Source: an uncultured Parasphingorhabdus sp.
GTDB taxonomy: Bacteria; Pseudomonadota; Alphaproteobacteria; Sphingomonadales; Sphingomonadaceae
DNA: 64,000 nt
Direction of reading: 5' to 3'
Assembly (NCBI RefSeq): GCF_963975555.1
Contig: NZ_CAXBHH010000005.1
Span: 6,349-70,348 of the forward strand
Part shown: positions 49,107 to 57,800 of the stretch, piece by piece
Layout of the letters: every line of letters starts with the position of its first letter
Numbering within the stretch: position 1 is the first letter of the stretch
Notes under the pieces: model-generated
Databases searched by the model: none
Told to the model about the DNA's origin: nothing
Seen by the model: the letters and a program-made list of their open reading frames with translations, nothing else
Program-made: the position numbers and the translations under genes

Positions 49107-49893
49107 GATTGATCCGGTAAAATCCGGCGGAGCCCTTCCCCTTCTTGCGAAAGCCGCGCTCGGTTCGCTTCTGCTGTTCGGCGCTGGCGGGGTTGCCATG
49201 GCGCAGAATATGGTCGTCCGTTCGACCGGCCCTTCGGCCAGCAGCTATCCTGCGGGCAAAAAAATGGCGAATGATGCAAAAGTCTCGCTGAAGGCTCAAG
49301 ATCAGGTAACCATTTTGACCAAGTCAGGCACGCGCGTTCTCAAAGGTCCGGGAACCTTTTCGCTTGCACAGGGCGCAGGGTCGGCAACCAGCGCATCACG
49401 CCGGCTGTCGAGCTTTATCAGCAATCGGGGCAGCAGCCGGGCGAGAACCGGAGCCGTTCGCGCTGCCGGTAGTGTCACGGTCGAAACGCCGAACAATCCC
49501 AACCTCTGGTATCTTGACGTGACCAAGGGCGGAAAATTCTGTGTTGCCGATCCGGATGCGCTGGTTGTCTGGCGGCCCGACTACACAGGGTCGGCGACGG
49601 CTTCGATTGTCGAACCGAAGGAAGGCAATGTCACCGAAATCGCATGGCGGAAAGGCAATCCGCTGAAAGCCTGGCCGAAGGATGTTCTGCCAGTCACCGA
49701 CGGTGCGAGCTATCGCCTGCTCGGATCGAACGTTCCACAATCGGTCGAGGTGAATTTCGTGGTGCTGCAAAACCAGCCTACCGACCTCGATGATACCGCC
49801 TCCATGTTGATAGAAAACGGATGTAGCGGGCAACTGGATTTGCTGGTTGAAACACTTGATCTGAACAGCGGGGAACCGGCAGATCAGGGTTAG
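49093..49893 (+). CDS. exported protein of unknown function
   Basis: ATG 49093 follows GGAGA and overlaps the cyclase end by 14 nt. Signal peptide ending AMA-Q, beta-rich N-domain, GAVR linker, Cys pair. Confidence 0.8.
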   Translation: MHLDKIDPVKSGGALPLLAKAALGSLLLFGAGGVAMAQNMVVRSTGPSASSYPAGKKMANDAKVSLKAQDQVTILTKSGTRVLKGPGTFSLAQGAGSATSASRRLSSFISNRGSSRARTGAVRAAGSVTVETPNNPNLWYLDVTKGGKFCVADPDALVVWRPDYTGSATASIVEPKEGNVTEIAWRKGNPLKAWPKDVLPVTDGASYRLLGSNVPQSVEVNFVVLQNQPTDLDDTASMLIENGCSGQLDLLVETLDLNSGEPADQG

Positions 49894-49995
49894 CTTATGA
49901 AGAATATCTGCCGTCCGGAATGAGGGCTGGACGGCAGAATGGGGATAAGATGGTTCAGTGGGTCGTACATGGATCATCGAAAAACGGGGACTAAT

Positions 49996-51789
49996 ATGTC
50001 GCGCACGCGCACAACAGTACAAACAACAGCTATGGCGGCGGGTATCGCCATATTGACAACAAGCCTGCCTGCCTGGGGCCAATCGTCCGTCGCGGCACCG
50101 ACCAGGGAAGAAATCCAGCGCGGAGTCGTGGACAAAGGACTCCAAGGCCAGTCCCGGACGCTATCCGTTGACAGCGAAGTCGAGCGGTCCGCCTGCCCGC
50201 TCGCCGGACCGGAATTCTCCGATGTCCGCTTCACGCTGAAGTCCGTTGATTTCACCGGACTGATTTCAGTGGATCCCGGTTCGCTGACATCGTCCTACGC
50301 AGACTATGTCGGTCAGGACGTTCCGGTTTCAGTCGTCTGCGATATCCGCGACCGGGCAGCGACGATATTGCGCAGCAATGGCTATCTGGCCGCCGTACAA
50401 GTCCCGCCCCAGACAATTGATCAGGGCAATGTCCGCTTCGACGTGCTGATGGCACGAATGACCTCGGTGCAAGTCCGGGGCGATGCCGGACGATCCAAAG
50501 GCCTGTTGCAGAAATATATCGAAAAACTGGCCGCACAGCCGGTTTTCAACATCAATATAGCAGACCGTTATCTGCTGCTCGCCCGCGACATTCCGGGTCT
50601 GGATGTACGGCTTTCGCTTCGGCCGGTATCGGCGGAATCCGGCGGACAGCCGGGAGAAGTGGTCGGCGAATTCAACGTCATCCGCACGCCCGTCTACGCC
50701 GACGTCAACTTCCAGAATTTCGGCTCCGAAGCTGTCGGCCGCTTTGGCGGACTTGGCCGGCTCCGGTTCAACGGGCTCACCGGAATGGGTGATGAAACCG
50801 TGATCAGCGGCTACACGACCTCTGATTTGAAGGAACAGCAGGTTCTGCAAGCCAGCCACGAATTCCGCGTTGGTGGCGAAGGCCTGAAGCTGGGTGCCAA
50901 TTTCACTTACGCATGGACCAAGCCGGAACTGGCCGGCGGATTTTCGATCAAATCCGAAACGCTGGTTGCCAGCGCTTATGCAAGCTATCCCTTTGTCCGC
51001 AAACAGTCGCGCAATATCTTCGGGACAATCGGCCTCGACTATATCGACCAGCGGACCGATATTCTGGGCACTCGCACCAACGAAGACCGTCTGAGTGTGG
51101 CTTATGCCCGCGTTGACTTCAGCCAGATCGAACCGGGGAGCATTTCGGGACGGGGCGGCTATTCCGCCTTCGAACCGAAATGGGGCATCGGCGGCTCGCT
51201 GGAACTCCGTCAGGGCCTTGACATATTGGGTGCCAGCGAGGGCTGCGGCCCGGCATTTGTCAACTGCATCGGCCAGACCGTCTTGCCAACCCGCGCCGAT
51301 GGCGACCCGACAGCATTTGTCGTCAGGGGACAGGCAAAAATAGATTACCGCCCCACCCCGCTGCTGGCATTGACCTTAAAACCACGACTGCAATATTCGC
51401 CGGATGCCTTGTTCTCCTATGAAGAAATATCCGGAGGCAATTATACAACAGGCCGTGGCTATGATCCCGGAACGATCATCGGCGACAGCGGCTACGGGCT
51501 GCAGACAGAGATCAGCTACGGCTCCCTGCTGCCCGATTCACCCGAGGGGATCGCGGTACAACCTTATCTGTTTTTTGATCTGATGGGCGTCTGGAACAAG
51601 AACAGTCCGGGTGATCCGCAGAAGCTCTATTCCGCAGGTGGCGGGTTCCGTACGACCATTGGCCAGCGGGCCAGTCTGGACCTGACCGCGGTCGTGCCGC
51701 TAAAACGCGCAGCCTTCCAGACCCGCCGCGATAGCGCGCGCGCCCTCCTGACTTTGACGATCCAGCTCGCGCCGTGGAAGCGCAGATGA
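49996..51789 (+). CDS. TpsB (ShlB/FhaC/HecB family) two-partner secretion transporter
   Basis: Signal peptide, POTRA motifs (DRAATILRSNGY, RYLLLARDIPG), barrel with GRGYDPGTIIGDSG (VRGY-like). ATG 49996 follows GGGGA. Confidence 0.92.
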   Translation: MSRTRTTVQTTAMAAGIAILTTSLPAWGQSSVAAPTREEIQRGVVDKGLQGQSRTLSVDSEVERSACPLAGPEFSDVRFTLKSVDFTGLISVDPGSLTSSYADYVGQDVPVSVVCDIRDRAATILRSNGYLAAVQVPPQTIDQGNVRFDVLMARMTSVQVRGDAGRSKGLLQKYIEKLAAQPVFNINIADRYLLLARDIPGLDVRLSLRPVSAESGGQPGEVVGEFNVIRTPVYADVNFQNFGSEAVGRFGGLGRLRFNGLTGMGDETVISGYTTSDLKEQQVLQASHEFRVGGEGLKLGANFTYAWTKPELAGGFSIKSETLVASAYASYPFVRKQSRNIFGTIGLDYIDQRTDILGTRTNEDRLSVAYARVDFSQIEPGSISGRGGYSAFEPKWGIGGSLELRQGLDILGASEGCGPAFVNCIGQTVLPTRADGDPTAFVVRGQAKIDYRPTPLLALTLKPRLQYSPDALFSYEEISGGNYTTGRGYDPGTIIGDSGYGLQTEISYGSLLPDSPEGIAVQPYLFFDLMGVWNKNSPGDPQKLYSAGGGFRTTIGQRASLDLTAVVPLKRAAFQTRRDSARALLTLTIQLAPWKRR

Positions 51790-51841
51790 TGAAATCATTG
51801 TTCGACCAGAGAATAGCCGCAGTTCAACCGAGGACAGCAAG

Positions 51842-54800
51842 ATGACGACAAGACCGCAAAGCAGAAGCCCAAAAGCGACCACAGGCCCTGGCCGGAAAAA
51901 AATGCGGTGGCTGTCCGGAAGTTCTATGGCGGCGGCAGCCGTCCTGCTGGCGGCCGCGCCGCAAGTGGCAAAGGCGCAAACACCGTTGGGCGCGCCAATA
52001 CCGGGATTGAACGAGGCACATGCTTTCACCCCTGCTGACGGGCAGGCGTTTCAGGCCGGTGTCACGAGCCCGACGGGAGGCGCGGTTTTTACGGGTCCGC
52101 GTACGACCAATATGGATCAGCTACAAATATCGCTGAGCGAAGTGGTGTTAAACTGGACACCGCTTGACACGGATGCACCGACTTTTGGTGCCGATGGTCT
52201 GGTCAACAACCCGATTAATATATTACCCAGCGGTAGAACTCTGCAGTTTGTGTCTAACGGCACAAACTATACGGTTCTGAACCGTATTTTGCCGGCGGTA
52301 GCCGCCGATGGCAGACCGGTACAGTTCAACGGCACTGTCGAAAGTTTTTTAGACCTTGGCGCAACGACGCCGGGCGGCAACATCTGGTTCTATAGTCCGG
52401 GCGGAATCATCGCCGGCGCCACCAGTACATTTGACGTCGGCAGCCTAGTGCTGACCACAAATGATATAAATACAACTGGTGGACTGTTGGGTGTAGGCGG
52501 TGAAATGCGCTTCAGCGGCATCGCTGGCAGCAAATCAGCGATCATTATCGAAAATGGTGCGCAGATCAATGCGCTCAACAATGGCAGCAGTTACGTCGCC
52601 ATGGTTGCCCCCCGCGTCGTTCAGGGCGGTGGCGTGAATGTCGATGGGTCGGTTGCCTATGTCGCAGCCGAACAGGCTGACCTGACCATCAACAACGGAC
52701 TTTTCGATATTACAATCGGCGTGGGAACTTCCGATGCGAATGGCATTGTCCATAGCGGGACGACAACCGGGCCGTCATCAACCCCGAGTTTTAACGGCGC
52801 GGGCGCTGTAACCAACGCGGACGCTCAGGCCATATATATGGTTGCTGTGCCAAAAAATGATGCTGTAACAATGCTGATCGGAGGAGCTGTCGGTTATCAG
52901 CAAGCTGCCAGTGCAGGCATCGTCAACGGCAATATAGTGCTCAGTGCTGGTGGCAATGTTTCTGTTGGTGGCTCCGACGTTGCGCCGACAAACCTGATTG
53001 AAGAAAATCTAACTTCGACCGCAGCGACCAATATCCAGATCGGTGGCGGCGGCGTGACCACTTTTGATTCGACGCTCGAATTATTCGCTGCAGACAGCAT
53101 TACATTCTCGGCCGAGTCAGATGCGGATTCGATCATCATTTCCAACGACGTCGGTTCGCAGGATTTGAACCTGACCGCGGGCAATGAGATCAATCTCAAT
53201 ACGTCCGGCGGTGGCCAGATATTCGTCAATGGCGACATAAATCTGACCGCAGGGACCGGCGCGACGGGGGGCAATATAAACCTAAACATTGATCGCACCG
53301 GCTTTGGGTTTCAGGCCAATACCGGACTGCGTCTGACCGGCGATTTGAATTTCGACAGCCGTGGCATCGGTGCCGACGATTTCTTTACGGTCATCGACAA
53401 CGGCGGTACCGGGATAGGCCAAGATGCCACGGGCGGAGACGTCACCATCAACATCACCAATGGCGGCCTGTTGGATGTCGGCGGAAATACAACGTTCCTG
53501 GCCAGCGCCCAGGGCGGCAAAGGCGAGATTCAAAACGGCTTTGCGCAAGCAGGCGATATCACGTTCAACATGGACGGCGGCACCGCGCAATTTGGCGGCA
53601 ACGTCAATTTCAACGCCTCGGCCATAGATGCGGGTTCCGGAAAAATTGGCGGAAACGGACCCGGTTTACTGGGCAGTGACAGCATCGCCGGTAATGTCGG
53701 ACTGAACCTGTCGGGCGGCGAGATGACGGTCAGCGGCACTCTCCAGATAACAACCGACGCGGAACGTACCAGCGGTTCGGATAGTACAGTAGTCCAGAAC
53801 AATGTCGCCGTCGCAGGCGCAGTTGATCTTGCCATCTCAGGCGGGCTCCACAATTTTGGAAGCGTGGGAATTTCCAGCGTTGCAAGCGGAGGGGAATCAT
53901 TTGACGCCGGCGGCAACAACATTGCCGGTAACCTCAGCCGCGGCGCGGTTAATTTTGCCGTCAGCAACTCCGGCACCGATGTATCAATAACCAACAACAT
54001 GTTTATTGACGCCAGAACATCCGGCAATATTGTGAGCGATCCTGCGATAGACGCGGTAACGATCAGCATTCTCAACACAAGCGGCGAGGGTGCAGGACTC
54101 AATGTTACGAACGAAATCTCGATACAAACCGAGGCGTCCAATGGTCTTGCCGGCAGTAATCTCACCTCCGGATCAGTCTCCATAAGTGCCGATAACGGCG
54201 ATATCAGTTTCGGTAGTCTTGCCGTAGACACCAGCTCGACAGTTGGATTTTCAGCGACCGAATTGAGTGACGGGCTAATTGCCGGAGACATCGATATCGT
54301 AGCGCAAAATGGTGGCATTATATCAAGCGGTAATGTCGATTTATATGCCAACGTAACTACCCAGGCGACCGAAGGGGTCAACGCGGCCGGCGGGAATGTG
54401 CTGATTCACGCAAATGATGGCTTCATCGATTTCACCGGATTTTTCAATGCCGATGTAAGCGCACAGGCAGGCGCAACAGACCCGTCGACAGTAACCAATG
54501 CACAGGGCGGAACCGCCAGAATATTGCTGGAAGGCACATCGCCGATAAGCAGCAGAATCGATTTTGTGGACATTAATTTCAATTCGGACGGTCTGATCGA
54601 TACCAATCTGGAAACGACTGTACCTTTTGAAGGTGATGGTGGCACCGGTTCAGGCGGTAGCGTTATATTTGACCTTTTCGGCGGTACATTCGTCGCAGGT
54701 GATATTGTAACCAGCGCCAGTGGCTCAGGCGGTCGAGGCGGAGCCATAGTGACATTGCCCGCCCCGAATGTGGCGGCGCCTTTCGCTTCTGCTTTCGCGG

Positions 54801-57800
54801 CACCAGAGGATCTTAGCGTGGTAAACGCTGCCTTTGCGGGCGGCGTATCGGCAGGTGACGGCGGCGATGGCCAGGGCGGTGATGTAACATTCAACCTGAA
54901 CGGGGGCAATGCGACCGTTACCAACCTCACTATTTCAGCAAATGGCTTCGGCGGTAACGGAGCCAATGGCGATATAAACAACGGCACCTCCGGCGGATCC
55001 GGCGGTCGCGGGATCGGCGGCAATGCAGTTTTCAACGCACAAACCGGGAATCTGACCGTCACCAATACGCTAACCGTGTCTGCCGAGGGTAATAATCAGA
55101 ACATCGCCCCTTATGGATCTTACGGAGCGGGTGGTTATGGTTATGCCTCTGACGGCGGCAATGGTGGCGACGGGATCGGCGGCACCGCAACCTTCAACCT
55201 CGACGGTACCGCAACAATCAATGCCACTAACATCGTCATCTCCACCAGCGCCGATGGCGGATATGGCGGAGATAGCACCGACGAGTTCAGCGGAGCGGCT
55301 CCCGCCGGGCTTGGCGGCCGTGGCGGCAACGGGACCGGCGGCGATGCCACGTTCAACAATAATGCGGGTACTCTGGGTTTCGACCAGCTTTCGGTAACTT
55401 CAGTCGGAACCGGCGGGGATGGCGGCGATATTTTTGGTGCAAACACCGGCGAAGCGGATAATTTCGGGGGCGATGGCGGCATCGGAACCGGCGGGAATGC
55501 TACCATCAACATCAATCAGGATGATCTCAACAACCCTGTTTACGTCGTCGACGCCAGCGGCGTCGGTGGCGATGGCGGCTATGGCGTGGACGGAGGCGAT
55601 GGCGGCGCTGCCTTTGGCGGCACAGCGGCAATCAATATCAACAATGCTACGGCGAATCCTGATGACCCAACCATCATGGCCAATGCTACCGGCGGCAACG
55701 GCGGTGAAGGCAGGATAGATACTAACCCCTCGGCCGACCCTTCAATAACGGGTGTGGGCTACAGCGGCGACGGCGGCAATGCCACGGCGGGGACGGCGCG
55801 TTTGCAAGTCACCGGCGCTGGCGGCAATATCGATCTCGGTTCCATCACATTGGAAGCCAATGCTACCGGCGGCAACGGGACGGACGGTTACTACAGATAC
55901 GGCGCTGGCATAATCGGCGGCCGTGGTGGATCGGGCGGCGACGCTTCTGGCGGCACGGTAGAGCTGATCGCGCGGACCGGCGGAACGCTGTCATTAACAT
56001 CCGGTGATTTTACCATGACCAGTACCGGCATCGGCGGAAATGGCGGCGATGGTGCGGACTCCGCTGACAACGCAGCTGGCGACGCCGGCAACGGCGGCAA
56101 CGCGACTGGCGGCACCGGTCGCCTGCTTGCGCAGGGCGGCACAATTTCCGGTAACAATCTGGACATAACCACAGCCGGTCTTGCCGGTGATGGCGGAATT
56201 GGCGGTATAGTTTTGAATCCCGGTTTCGGAACAGCCGGTGTCGACGGCACAGGCGGAGACGGCACCGGGGGAACCGGCATTATCGAGGTTCAGGAAGGCA
56301 GTCCCGGAATACTGAGTTTTGCCGACGTTACCATAAATGCCAACGGCACGGGCGGTGGCGGACCTATTGCCGGTGTCGGCGCGGGTGGGCGTATCGAAAT
56401 TTCCGACAGTTCGACCGATCCGGCAGGACTGATAAGCTTGGGCAGCCTGGCAGCCAGTGCCTTTGATGCCGCAATCGGGACCGGGACCGGCTCGGGTTCG
56501 GCCCCTCTTGGCGGCTTCTTCACAACAGCCAACAGCGGAGCTGTATCGATTCTCGGTGATCTGACCGTGGATGTCGCCGGCAATATCGAATATGATCTCG
56601 ACGGCGACGCGCAAATGACGGTGGGCGGCAATGCTACGCTGAACAGCGGTCAGAATATCCTGATCAACCATACGAACAATACTACGTCGGTAAATTCCAT
56701 CGATGTGTCGAGCGTCTTCGCGGCGACAAGTCAGGGCGATTTCATCAGCACAGACGGCTCCCGGATCAACGCGGGTGGCTCGGCTTCGGTTCGCGCAGAG
56801 CAGAATGCCACCGTCGCCGATCTAGCCGGTGTCGGCCTGGTCGATATTTCTGCGCTGCAGAATGTCGCCGTCAACAATGCTGCCGTCACTGGCGTTCCCG
56901 CCGTGGTCTCCGTCGGATCGCTGTCTTACGTCGTGGCACCACAATTGACGATCAACGCAGGATATGACCCTGCAGTATCACCTCCTCCAATCTTCGATCC
57001 AAGTTTCAATGCCACAATAACCGGCGACGTCACATCGACCGGGTTCATCGCCATCGGCGCGGGCGGCAACGCCTATTTCCGCGCCGGCAGCAATGTCGTG
57101 TCTGACAATGGTCTGGCGGTCCGTACCGGCGATGATATCATCATTGAATCCGGAGCAAGCCTGACCGCTGCCAATAATCCATCGACATCGCCCGACGCTT
57201 CTTCCACGTTTACCAATCCGGGCAATCTGATCTTGCAGGCCGGGGACTTTACCGGTCTGTTCGGCAGTCCCATCGGAACACTCGGCACCACGCCGCTGAC
57301 GCCGATTGCCTCGATTGTTGCAGCAGGCGATCTCGACGCAAACGGCTTCGCGGTCGTCATGACCGCCAATGCAGTCGACGGTCTCGGCGGCACGATCACC
57401 GCCAGTTCGATCAGCGTGGACATCAACGATGCTCCTCCGACTGGAACGGGCCAGATTGATGACAACGGGCTGCTGAGCGCACAGTGCCTGCAGGGCAATG
57501 TCTGCCTGGGCACGCTCAACGCGGACAATCTGGTCTACATCGGCCGGGCGAGCAACAATGACGTGATCCAGGCCATCATCGAAAGCGGGACGGTTTCGGC
57601 CAACGATATACTGGTCACCACCCGCCGCGACATTGTCATGGGAACGACGGGCATCGCGACGGTTCTTGATGCGTCGAACCAGTTCATTGTCGAAAGTACC
57701 GAAGGCAACGTCGACCTGCGCAATGCGTCGGTCAGCAGCACCAGCATATTGATTAGCGCTGTCAATGGCAGCCTACTTGGCTCCGGATCGCTGACCAGCG

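Noticed and set aside
54630-56400. Possible CRISPR array or PE_PGRS gene suggested by GGCGGC-rich periodicity
   Set aside because: In-frame degenerate protein repeats within tpsA; no identical DNA repeats with spacers and no PE domain.
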